The position numbers and the translations under genes are program-made. Positions 46,476 to 54,843 of a DNA stretch of 64,000 nucleotides are shown piece after piece. The notes beneath the pieces were generated by a model. It made no database searches and was not told the origin of the DNA. It worked only from the letters and a program-made list of their open reading frames with translations. The stretch comes from Patescibacteria group bacterium (GTDB lineage: Bacteria; Patescibacteriota; Patescibacteriia; Magasanikbacterales; GWA2-37-8). Where the stretch lies: the NCBI GenBank assembly GCA_041649475.1, contig JBAZNA010000001.1, forward strand, positions 392,612 to 456,611, read 5' to 3'. Numbering within the stretch: position 1 is the stretch's first letter; each line of letters opens with the position of its first letter.

Positions 46476-46778
46476 ATGAAATACAACAAACTCGTCCGGG
46501 ACAAAATCCCCGAATACATCAAAAGCAAAGGGGGAGTGCCTGTTACCCACATTGCCAACAACGAAGAATACTGGACAAAATTGAAAGAAAAACTGATAGA
46601 GGAAACAAGTGAATTTTTAACTTCAGAGACCCCGGGGGAATTGGCTGACATTTACGAGGTTTTGGATGCCATCCGCGAATTTAAGGATTTTAAAAAAGAA
46701 GATGTTCTGGAATTACAAAAACGCAAACATACAGAAAAGGGCGGTTTTAAGGAAAAAATCATCCTTGACGAATCATAG
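46476..46778 (+). CDS. MazG-like nucleoside triphosphate pyrophosphohydrolase (HisE/PRA-PH-like all-alpha NTP-PPase)
   Basis: Start KLVRDKIPE; acidic EE..E...ELADIYEVLDAI; C-terminus KRKHTEKGGFKEKIIL, typical of small MazG/HisE-like NTP pyrophosphatases. Confidence 0.6.
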   Translation: MKYNKLVRDKIPEYIKSKGGVPVTHIANNEEYWTKLKEKLIEETSEFLTSETPGELADIYEVLDAIREFKDFKKEDVLELQKRKHTEKGGFKEKIILDES

Positions 46779-46824
46779 AATATAATGTAAAATCGGCGTG
46801 AACTCTTAATCAATTTTTTGATCT

Positions 46825-48567
46825 ATGGCCGTAAAAAATCAACCAAAAAAGCAGGTTTCCAAAACCAGTTTAAGGTGGCGCGTTTTCGGTATTTTTATTC
46901 TGGTAGTTGTTTGTTTGTTAATTGTTTTGCCAACCTATGCCAATAAAGGGCTAAATTGGATAAATAAAAACGCCAATTTGGGTTTGCCCACTCTGTCGGA
47001 AAAGGGCTTTAATCTTGGTTTGGATCTGCAGGGCGGCGCGCATCTGATTTATCAGGCCGACACTTCAATTTTACCGGCCGGACAAGACAAAACCGCAGCC
47101 GTGGAAGGCGTCAGGGATGTGATTGAAAGGCGCGTGCGCGGCGGACTGGGCGTGTCCGAACCACTGGTGCAAACCACCAAAGTCGGCAATGATTTTAGAA
47201 TTATAGTTGATTTGCCGGGCGTCACCGATGTCAATCAGGCCATAAAAATGATCGGTGAAACTCCGATTTTGGAATTTAAAGAACAAAGCAATGAGCCACA
47301 AAGAAAACTAACCGTGGCCGAGCAAAAACAACTGACTGACTATAATGCTGCGGCGCAAAAAAAGGCCCAGCAAGCGCTTAACGATTTAAATAAGGGCTTG
47401 AGTTTTACTGATGCGGTGACCAAGTATTCCGAAGACGTCACTACCACGCTTGAAAGAGGCGGTGAGGGTTTAATAAGTTCCCAAACTTTACCCGAACTAT
47501 ACACCTGGGCCGATACGCATAAAAACGGAGAAATAAGCAAAACAATCATCAAGACCGCTGACGGGCTAAATATTGTAAAATTAATTTCCCCAACCACGAC
47601 CATAGAGAATGGCACTTCTACAAAAGTATTTGATATTGCCAGAGTATTTATTAGAACAAAAACTGAATCTGACATTGTTCCGCCGTCTGACCAATGGAAA
47701 GGCACTGGCTTGTCCGGAAAACAATTGAGCAAAGCGGCGGTGGTGCAAGACCCCAACACCAGCCAGGTTCAGGTGAGTTTACAGTTTAACAGCGAGGGAA
47801 CCAAATTGTTTGCCGACATCACCAAAAAAAATGTCGGTAAGCCGGTGGCGATATTTTTAGACGGAGAGCCGATCAGCACTCCGGTAGTAAACGAGCCGAT
47901 TTTAAATGGCAATGCCGTGATTTCCGGAAATTTTACTTTGCAAGACGCTAAATTATTGGCCCAAAGGTTAAACTCCGGCGCTCTGCCCGTGCCGGTTCAA
48001 CTTATCAGTCAGGAAACAGTTGACGCGACCCTGGGTGTGAGTTCTTTGAATAAAAGTTTTTACGCGGGCATTATCGGCTTGATTGCGGTTTTGATGTTTA
48101 TGGTAATTTATTACCGTTTCCCTGGGGTGTTGGCCGCGCTGGCTCTTGGCGTCTATGCTCTTTTGAGTTTAGCTATTTTCAAACTCATCGGGGTTACTTT
48201 GACGCTTTCCGGTATTGCCGGTTTTATCTTGTCCATAGGCATGGCCGTAGATGCGAATGTGCTGATTTTTGAACGTCTTAAAGAAGAACTCCGGATGGGT
48301 AAAAGTTTAAGGCCGGCAATGGAGGAGGCGTTCATTAGAGCTTGGCCGTCAATTCGTGATAGTAACATAACTACATTGTTGAGTTGCGTATTTTTGATAT
48401 GGATGGGTACGGGTTTTGTTCAGGGGTTCGCGGTGGTACTGGCGATCGGTATTTTAGCAAGTATGTTTTCAGCCATAACCGTTACGCGCACGTTAATGAG
48501 ATTTGTCGCGCCCTGGTTTAAAGAAGAAGGAAACAGATTATTTTTGGGTTATAAAAAATCTATATGA
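46825..48567 (+). CDS. secD: Protein-export membrane protein SecD
   Basis: N-terminal TM, large periplasmic domain, C-terminal 6-TM bundle with GIAGFILSIGMAVDANVLIFERLKEE. Confidence 0.9.
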   Translation: MAVKNQPKKQVSKTSLRWRVFGIFILVVVCLLIVLPTYANKGLNWINKNANLGLPTLSEKGFNLGLDLQGGAHLIYQADTSILPAGQDKTAAVEGVRDVIERRVRGGLGVSEPLVQTTKVGNDFRIIVDLPGVTDVNQAIKMIGETPILEFKEQSNEPQRKLTVAEQKQLTDYNAAAQKKAQQALNDLNKGLSFTDAVTKYSEDVTTTLERGGEGLISSQTLPELYTWADTHKNGEISKTIIKTADGLNIVKLISPTTTIENGTSTKVFDIARVFIRTKTESDIVPPSDQWKGTGLSGKQLSKAAVVQDPNTSQVQVSLQFNSEGTKLFADITKKNVGKPVAIFLDGEPISTPVVNEPILNGNAVISGNFTLQDAKLLAQRLNSGALPVPVQLISQETVDATLGVSSLNKSFYAGIIGLIAVLMFMVIYYRFPGVLAALALGVYALLSLAIFKLIGVTLTLSGIAGFILSIGMAVDANVLIFERLKEELRMGKSLRPAMEEAFIRAWPSIRDSNITTLLSCVFLIWMGTGFVQGFAVVLAIGILASMFSAITVTRTLMRFVAPWFKEEGNRLFLGYKKSI

Positions 48568-49478
48568 TTCCATTTATAAAATATTCCAAAATTTGGCTGG
48601 CGATTAGCGGCCTAGTCGCTCTGGTTTGTATTGTATTTTTATTCATGTGGCAATTGAAGCTGGGAATTGATTTTACCGGCGGGTCACTGATGCAGGTTTC
48701 TTTCAGTCAAAATACGCCGCCAATGGAAGATTTGCAGAAAAGTTTGGAAGCAATGGGGTTGCATAATTCCGTCATTCAAACCGTAGGGGACAAGGGTGTG
48801 TTGTTTAGAACGAATTTTTTAAGCGAAGATGAACATCAGAATGTTTTGAAGACCTTGAGAACCGAATATCAAAAAGAGGGGAATACGCTTACTGAAGTCA
48901 GCTTTGAAACCATCGGTTCTTCGGTTAGCCAACAGTTGAGATCAAGAGCGGTTTGGGCTATTATCTTTGTTAATATCGGTATAATCCTTTACGTGGCTTA
49001 CGCCTTTAGAAAGGTGTCTCGACCCGTCGCCAGTTGGAAATACGGCTTGTTGGCCATCGTGGCTCTGCTCCATGATGTTTTGCTCGTTATGGGCGTCTTC
49101 GCTCTCCTGGGTCATTTACAGGGTGTTGAAATAGATGTGGCTTTTGTGGTCGCTATTCTTACGGTTTTGGGGTATTCCGTAAATGACACTATAGTCGTTT
49201 ACGACAGAATCAGAGAAAATTTAATTCGCAAGAGTTCCGCGGATTTTGCCGAAACCGTTAATACCGGTTTGAATGAAACCCTGATGAGGTCTATAAACAC
49301 AACTCTAAAGACAATGTTGCCTTTATTTGCTTTGTATTTCTTGGGCGGTTCCACTTTACATAACTTTACCCTTGCCTTACTCATCGGCATTGCCAGCGGG
49401 GCCTATTCTTCAATCTTTATTGCCAGTCCGCTTCTGGTCATAGTTCATAAGTGGCAATTACGCAGACAAGTCGCCTAA
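48564..49478 (+). CDS. secF: Protein-export membrane protein SecF
   Basis: GIDFTGG motif, 6 TM helices, VNDTIVVYDRIRENL; start overlaps the secD stop (coupled). Confidence 0.9.
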   Translation: MIPFIKYSKIWLAISGLVALVCIVFLFMWQLKLGIDFTGGSLMQVSFSQNTPPMEDLQKSLEAMGLHNSVIQTVGDKGVLFRTNFLSEDEHQNVLKTLRTEYQKEGNTLTEVSFETIGSSVSQQLRSRAVWAIIFVNIGIILYVAYAFRKVSRPVASWKYGLLAIVALLHDVLLVMGVFALLGHLQGVEIDVAFVVAILTVLGYSVNDTIVVYDRIRENLIRKSSADFAETVNTGLNETLMRSINTTLKTMLPLFALYFLGGSTLHNFTLALLIGIASGAYSSIFIASPLLVIVHKWQLRRQVA

Positions 49479-49532
49479 AATGTGCTATACTAGTCATTAG
49501 TTCCGCCGATTGGCGGATAGAATTTTAAGCAT

Positions 49533-49694
49533 ATGTCTGATAGCGCCATGCGTCATCTCGTTTGTATAATTGCAAGCGTGATTTGCTTATTGGCCTACTA
49601 TGCCGGCTGGTTATCCGGCCAATTTGGCTGGTGGTGGACGGCTTTCGCTATTCTTATAGTTTACGGCGGCGTATACAGAATTTTAAACAAGTAA
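49533..49694 (+). CDS. Possible small membrane protein (53 aa; below ORF-track cutoff)
   Basis: ATG at 49533. The product MSDSAMRHLVCIIASVICLLAYYAGWLSGQFGWWWTAFAILIVYGGVYRILNK would form two hydrophobic helices. It fills the secF-to-next-gene gap and is preceded by a CCGCC-gatt-GGCGG hairpin. ORF-only call. Confidence 0.25.
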   Translation: MSDSAMRHLVCIIASVICLLAYYAGWLSGQFGWWWTAFAILIVYGGVYRILNK

Positions 49695-49695
49695 T

Positions 49696-51093
49696 ATGCC
49701 GATTTTAGAATTGCCGTTTGGAATCAGCGTTGATTTCTCATTTTGGTCTGAAGTTTTAAATTGGCCCACGCCTCTACTAATCCGGGCGGTTTTTGCGATT
49801 GTGGGCTGGGCGATTTTGATTTTGGTTTTCTTTTACATGGGTTCGGAATTGTGGCTGGATCTTAAGCAAAGTAAATTTAGTAAGAATTGGAAATGGATTT
49901 TGTTGGCCATTGATATCCCGCCCGAACAAATCCAGAGTCCAAAGGCCGTGGAGCAGATTTTTGCCCAGCTTTCCGGAGCTTTGCTGGTGCCGAATTTCGG
50001 TGAAAAATACTGGCAGGGAGTCAAACAAAAATGGTTTAGTTTTGAAATTATCAGCATTGAGGGGTACACGCAATTTTTAATTTATACGGAATCGCAATTT
50101 CGGGATTTGGTTGAGGCCGCCATTTACGCGCAATACACCACCGCTGAAATTACGGAAGTTGAAGATTATATCAGCAATGTGTCCAGTAAATTTCCCAACG
50201 ATACAGACGATGTTTTGGGCGTTGAATTTGGATTGGTAAGCCCCGATTCGTACCCAATCCGCACTTATCAGGATTTTGAGCACAGCGTAACCCTAGACGC
50301 CACCTTTAACGATCCGATGGCTGCCATTTTGGAAACATTTTCCCGAATCGGAGCCGGAGAATATTTCTGGACGCAGATTATTATTCAGCCCAGCCCGAAC
50401 AATTGGAAAGAGACCGGCATAAAATTAATCAAAGATATTATCGCTCAAAAATCAGGCGCTAAAGGACCGTCGGTCTTATCGCAAGTGGCGGCGCTTCCGG
50501 TCGGCGTTGTGGCCGAATTTGCAAAATCAATTACCAGCAGTCCCGATGCCAAACCGGTTATCAAAAAAGAACCGCCGACTCCGAAGATTTCCGACTTGAC
50601 CCCGGGTATAAAAGATACGGTGGCCGCCATTGAAGAAAAAATTGCCAAGATCGGTTTTTTTACAAAAATCAGAGCGCTATACGCGGCGCGCAAAGAGGTG
50701 TTTAATCCCAGCAAATGTTTGGAAGGATTTATCGGCGGTTTAAATCAATTTCATATCCAGGGCCGCAACGGTTTTGTACCCAAAAAGTTCACCTCGGCGC
50801 ATTATGCCTTTAAACATTACCGCACCGCCGAAGAAAAAAGAAAATTTGTGGCCGCTTATAAAAAACGCAAACTTAAGGTTGGCAGAAAACCGTATATTTT
50901 AAACATTGAAGAACTGGCCACCATCTGGCACTTCCCATTGCCTCTGGTGAAGACGCCGTCACTGCAGAAGAGTTCAATTAAGAGATCTGAACCGCCGATT
51001 AATTTACCGGTTGAGTCCTTTGCAACGCCTTTAAAACACAAGACAGAAGAAACTAAAGACGAGCTTCCGCCCGAAGAGCCAATGTACGGATAA
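49696..51093 (+). CDS. Membrane protein homologous to the N-terminal (non-ATPase) half of the 839-aa VirD4/HerA-like ATPase at 56348-58867
   Basis: Two N-terminal TM helices. The region FEIISIEGYTQFLIYTESQFRDLVEAAIYAQYTTAEITEVEDY aligns by eye with ELVVKDSKISYYVAVPDKIKGFVEQQIHAQYPHAEITEEPDY of the minus-strand ATPase. No P-loop is present. Confidence 0.5.
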   Translation: MPILELPFGISVDFSFWSEVLNWPTPLLIRAVFAIVGWAILILVFFYMGSELWLDLKQSKFSKNWKWILLAIDIPPEQIQSPKAVEQIFAQLSGALLVPNFGEKYWQGVKQKWFSFEIISIEGYTQFLIYTESQFRDLVEAAIYAQYTTAEITEVEDYISNVSSKFPNDTDDVLGVEFGLVSPDSYPIRTYQDFEHSVTLDATFNDPMAAILETFSRIGAGEYFWTQIIIQPSPNNWKETGIKLIKDIIAQKSGAKGPSVLSQVAALPVGVVAEFAKSITSSPDAKPVIKKEPPTPKISDLTPGIKDTVAAIEEKIAKIGFFTKIRALYAARKEVFNPSKCLEGFIGGLNQFHIQGRNGFVPKKFTSAHYAFKHYRTAEEKRKFVAAYKKRKLKVGRKPYILNIEELATIWHFPLPLVKTPSLQKSSIKRSEPPINLPVESFATPLKHKTEETKDELPPEEPMYG

Positions 51094-51568
51094 CAAGCTC
51101 CATGCCGCCAACCAAGACCCCAGTATAGAACAGATCGCCGGCCAAACTGTTTCTGAAGAAGGGGAGAGCCATATAAAAGCATTGGAAAAGTCCGTTGAGG
51201 TTGTGCGCGTACATTGTGCCGAATATCCAGACCGCCAGATTGGTGAAGATAAAGAATATAACACTGCCGAGCAAAGTTCCGCCCAGTATGGTGCGGAATT
51301 TTTTGTTTTTGCTGACCCAAATGCCGATTAAGGCGGAAACTATAAAGCAAGCATAAACCGTGGCCATTGTTGGCAGGTTGTAGAAACCGATAAAAATGTC
51401 GCTGATGAACATACCAACGAGCGGCACAACTAGCGCCCATTTTTTGGGCAGATAAATTCCGGCAAACAAAGCAATGGCCGCGATGGGGGTAAAATTGGCC
51501 GGATGCGGGATTAAACGGGCGGCTATGGCCAGAATTATTAATATATAGATTGGTATGTATTTTTTCAT
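51053..51568 (-). CDS. Polytopic membrane protein (ECF-transporter S-component-like)
   Basis: About five TM helices; small size; start chosen at MKKYIPIY. Adjacent to the DUF4430-like gene. The family assignment is tentative. Confidence 0.4.
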   Translation of the reverse strand: MKKYIPIYILIILAIAARLIPHPANFTPIAAIALFAGIYLPKKWALVVPLVGMFISDIFIGFYNLPTMATVYACFIVSALIGIWVSKNKKFRTILGGTLLGSVIFFIFTNLAVWIFGTMYAHNLNGLFQCFYMALPFFRNSLAGDLFYTGVLVGGMELVIRTLALRAEARL

Positions 51569-51569
51569 G

Positions 51570-51995
51570 TTAAAAAGTTGATTTTTCATATTTCCAAGTG
51601 ATGGTGTCTCCTTGTTTCAGCTTATATTGCGAGATGCCGACTTGAGCACTCTCTCCGTTTATGTAGTATATCCAATAGGTTTGGGTTTTGTCATCTCCGG
51701 CCACATTCATGATTTGTTGCACCAAAAGTCCCATGCTTGGGTAATCCTTTGTTTGCAGGTCAATGCCGTTGTCCGCGGCCACTTTGGTGATTAGATCAGC
51801 GGCCGTGCTGCCCTCCGGCATGGTGCTGGGGTAAGAGTAGGTTTTGCCGTTTAATTCAATGGTGGTGGTAACGGTTAAGTTTTGCACCTGGTTTACAGCT
51901 GGATTTACGGTTGGGTTGGCAGTACGATTTGTGGCCAAGTAATACGCGCCGCCGGCTAATATGACCAGAACCAATAACCAAAGGATTTTTTTCAT
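51570..51995 (-). CDS. Secreted DUF4430-like protein (candidate extracytoplasmic vitamin/cofactor-binding protein)
   Basis: Signal peptide/TM. The C-terminal WIYYINGE...QYKLKQGDTITWKY motif resembles DUF4430 (from memory). Confidence 0.4.
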   Translation of the reverse strand: MKKILWLLVLVILAGGAYYLATNRTANPTVNPAVNQVQNLTVTTTIELNGKTYSYPSTMPEGSTAADLITKVAADNGIDLQTKDYPSMGLLVQQIMNVAGDDKTQTYWIYYINGESAQVGISQYKLKQGDTITWKYEKSTF

Positions 51996-52104
51996 AAAAT
52001 ATTAAGATAAGTTAATGAAAATAGTATACCAGCCCGGCCGGGTTCAGTCAACTTGAGTTTTTGGTTTGAAAAAGGTATTCTATGCTGGTATGTGGTTTGA
52101 TAAT

Positions 52105-53019
52105 ATGCCGATTATTGCCTTGGCGCCAATGGCTGATTTAACTGACAGCCCGTTTTGCCGTATCTGCCGAGAGGTGGCTGGAACGGATTTTGTAATTTTT
52201 AGGGAGATGGTGAGCACTGAAGCGATTGTACGGGGTAATGCCAAGACCTTGAAAATGTGCGAGTTTGAAAAAATTGAGAGACCGATTGTTTTACAACTGT
52301 TTGGGTCGGATGCGGATGTGGTGCGAAAGGCGGCGCGGATTGTGGTTGATAAATTTAAGCCGGATGGAATTGATATAAACATGGGCTGTCCGGTGCCAAA
52401 GATTGTCGGCAAGTCCGACTCCGGCGCGGCTTTGATGAAAGATCACGATCGGGCCGTGCGAATTGTGGGGGCGCTTAAAAGCGAAAATTTGGGTGTGCCT
52501 ATTTCTGTAAAAACCCGGCTGGGCTGGAGCAAAGATGATGAAATTTTGGAGTTTGCGCCGCGCCTCGCGGCGGCCGGTGCGGATTTGATTTCCATCCATG
52601 GCCGGACTAAAGCGCAAGGGTATTCCGGTTTTGCCAACTGGAGTATGATCGGCCAGGTCAAAAAATTAATTTCCATTCCGGTTATTGCCAATGGCGATAT
52701 TACTTGCTGGGAAGATATTGATAAGTGTTTGAAAATCACCGGCGCTGATGGCGTGATGATCGGCCGTGCCGCCATCGGCAACCCCTGGATATTTAAAAAT
52801 TTAAAACCAACTTCAGAAGAGTTGGTTGCCACGGTTTTGCGCCACGCGCGTTTACATATTGAACGCTACGGCGCCAAGAGCATGGTCACTTTTCGCAAAC
52901 ATTTGGCTTGGTATTTTAAGGGCACCAGGGGCACAAAAGATTTAAGAAGTCGGTTGGTATTGATAAAATCAATTTCCGAATTGGAAGAAATACTTAATTT
53001 AAATTTTCCGCGCAAATAA
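52105..53019 (+). CDS. dus: tRNA-dihydrouridine synthase
   Basis: Start MPIIALAPMADLTDSPFCRICRE, then DINMGCPVPK and KTRLGW motifs of the Dus family; start chosen at 52105. Confidence 0.85.
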   Translation: MPIIALAPMADLTDSPFCRICREVAGTDFVIFREMVSTEAIVRGNAKTLKMCEFEKIERPIVLQLFGSDADVVRKAARIVVDKFKPDGIDINMGCPVPKIVGKSDSGAALMKDHDRAVRIVGALKSENLGVPISVKTRLGWSKDDEILEFAPRLAAAGADLISIHGRTKAQGYSGFANWSMIGQVKKLISIPVIANGDITCWEDIDKCLKITGADGVMIGRAAIGNPWIFKNLKPTSEELVATVLRHARLHIERYGAKSMVTFRKHLAWYFKGTRGTKDLRSRLVLIKSISELEEILNLNFPRK

Positions 53020-53836
53020 CCGTGTTGAGCAAGAGTTTTGCCACTGTAATCGGTCCGATGCCGCCGGGAGTTGGGGTGATGAAACTGGCTTTTCGGGAAA
53101 CGTTTTTATAATCAACGTCTCCATACATTTTGCCGTCAATATAGACAATGCCGGTGTCAATTATAATGGCATCTTTTTTTATCATGCCCGCGGTCAGCAA
53201 ATTTTTTTTGCCAACGGCCGTGATAATAACATCTGCCTGTAAGCATTTGGCTTTAATGTTTTGGGTGTGTTTGTTGCAGGTGGTGATACTGGCTTTTTCA
53301 TTGGCCAGCATAATCGCCAGGGGTTTGCCCACCAAGGCGCCCATGCCGATTATAGTGATATTTTTACCCTCCAACTTGGCGCCAATCTCCTTTAAAACGT
53401 GTATAACGGCCCAGGGAGTGGGGGGTTCAATGCGATTGGTGTTCATGACCAGTTTGCCGATATTGGCGTCTGTCAGGCAATCTACGTCAATTGCCGGATT
53501 TATGGAGTTTAATACCCTTGAATTGTATAATCTCTCCGGCAGAGGCAATTGGATGATTAGTCCGGCCAAATTTTTTTGTTGCTGGATTTTTTCTAAAGAT
53601 TTTATCAAGTTTGATTCCTTTACAGTGGTTGGAAATTCATATAGCTCAAATTTTATACCCACTCTTTCGGCGGCTTCTTGTTTTCTTCTGATATAAGTGC
53701 GAGAAGGTTTATGATCGCCGACTAAAACCACGGCCAGCTTGGGAGTGATGCCTTTTTGTTTTAAAATTTGCACCCGGCGCGCAACCTGTTTTTCAATTTT
53801 CGCGGCAATTGATTTGCCGTCTATTATTGTGGCCAT
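52994..53836 (-). CDS. folD: Bifunctional methylenetetrahydrofolate dehydrogenase/cyclohydrolase
   Basis: ATIIDGKSIA...; GKNITIIGMGALVGKPLA; PTPGGIGPITVAKLL. Confidence 0.9.
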   Translation of the reverse strand: MATIIDGKSIAAKIEKQVARRVQILKQKGITPKLAVVLVGDHKPSRTYIRRKQEAAERVGIKFELYEFPTTVKESNLIKSLEKIQQQKNLAGLIIQLPLPERLYNSRVLNSINPAIDVDCLTDANIGKLVMNTNRIEPPTPWAVIHVLKEIGAKLEGKNITIIGMGALVGKPLAIMLANEKASITTCNKHTQNIKAKCLQADVIITAVGKKNLLTAGMIKKDAIIIDTGIVYIDGKMYGDVDYKNVSRKASFITPTPGGIGPITVAKLLLNTVICAENLN

Positions 53837-53844
53837 AAAAATTG

Positions 53845-53915
53845 TTCCGAGGCTTGGATTCGAACCAAGATAAGCAGATTCAGAGTCTGCTGGCCTGCCG
53901 TTAGCCGACCTCGGA
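53845..53915 (-). tRNA. tRNA-Gln(CUG)
   Basis: Minus-strand cloverleaf: acceptor TCCGAGG/CCTCGGA, D-arm GGCT-AACGGCA-GGCC, anticodon arm GCAGA-CTCTGAA-TCTGC, T-arm CTTGG-TTCGAAT-CCAAG; 71 nt. Confidence 0.8.
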
Positions 53916-53918
53916 GTT

Positions 53919-54758
53919 TTATTGTGTTACTGCTGTTCCGGCCGGAAAGCTATTTAACCAATTTTTATCAACAGTTTGCACCAAGCTCCATTTCCAACCG
54001 CGAGTTTTGAAAACGGACGGCGCAGTGATGTATTGCCGTGTGTTGTTACTGATCAAATAAATCCGGTTGCTGCCTTTGGCTTTAGCCAGAATTCTTTGAC
54101 TGGTAAAAATCACTGTTGGTGGCCCATCTGTGCGCTTGGTAGTGTGGTTATAATCATGCAAAGCGCCTAAAACTATATCATATTTATAACGTAAGTCAAG
54201 ACCTTGTCTTAAATCGCCAACATCATTGACTATGAATTCGTTGGTGTTGTTATCATAGCCGACAATCACAAAGGTGTGATAATATGAACCACCGACCAAG
54301 AAATCAATTCTGGGGTTTAAACCCTTGCCATATATCAAAGCTATTACTGGTCGGCCGGTATTAAGTTCGTCTTTAATTTGGTCTAAGGTCGGATTTTGCA
54401 CAATTGTAGCCGCTGAACTGGTGGAGTATTGGTTCATCAATTGCGCAATTTGTTTGGCGTTTTCATTGGCATTGCCGCCAAAGATTTTATTGGCGATACC
54501 AAAGTACCTGTTCATCAAATTCTTGGCTTGGGTAGTCGGTAGTTTTGTAGTTGTGTTGCCGGCGTAAAACTGTTCAATCATGACAATTGATGCCTCTTCA
54601 CAGGCATTTTTCCAGTTGCCAACCATCAAACCATCGGGCGCTTCGGAAGTGAAGGGGACATTTAAATTTACGGTTTGCGGTTCAGTTTGAGCATTAGCTG
54701 CGAACTCGGGCGCCAATAAGGCAACAAGAAGTAATAAAGTTAAGATATTTTTTTTCAT
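53919..54758 (-). CDS. Secreted papain-like (C39-like) cysteine peptidase domain protein
   Basis: Signal peptide MKKNILTLLLLVALLAPEFAANA. A candidate catalytic Cys lies in GNWKNACEEASIVM, with a downstream His in YYHTFVIVGYD, as in C39-like peptidases. Start chosen at the internal Met. Confidence 0.45.
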   Translation of the reverse strand: MKKNILTLLLLVALLAPEFAANAQTEPQTVNLNVPFTSEAPDGLMVGNWKNACEEASIVMIEQFYAGNTTTKLPTTQAKNLMNRYFGIANKIFGGNANENAKQIAQLMNQYSTSSAATIVQNPTLDQIKDELNTGRPVIALIYGKGLNPRIDFLVGGSYYHTFVIVGYDNNTNEFIVNDVGDLRQGLDLRYKYDIVLGALHDYNHTTKRTDGPPTVIFTSQRILAKAKGSNRIYLISNNTRQYITAPSVFKTRGWKWSLVQTVDKNWLNSFPAGTAVTQ

Positions 54759-54843
54759 ATTATTAAACTTTTTATTAAACTTTAAAACAACAAAATCAGG
54801 GTTACTTTTGTACTCTAGCATTTATAAGTGAAGTGTCAACGGT

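Noticed and set aside
50856-51440. 194-aa minus-strand ORF overlapping 51053-51589 in another frame
   Set aside because: The alternative frame (51053-51568) gives a coherent five-helix membrane protein. This frame gives an Arg/Gly/Cys-rich low-complexity product.
53148-53696. 182-aa + strand ORF
   Set aside because: Antisense to folD, which is unambiguous.
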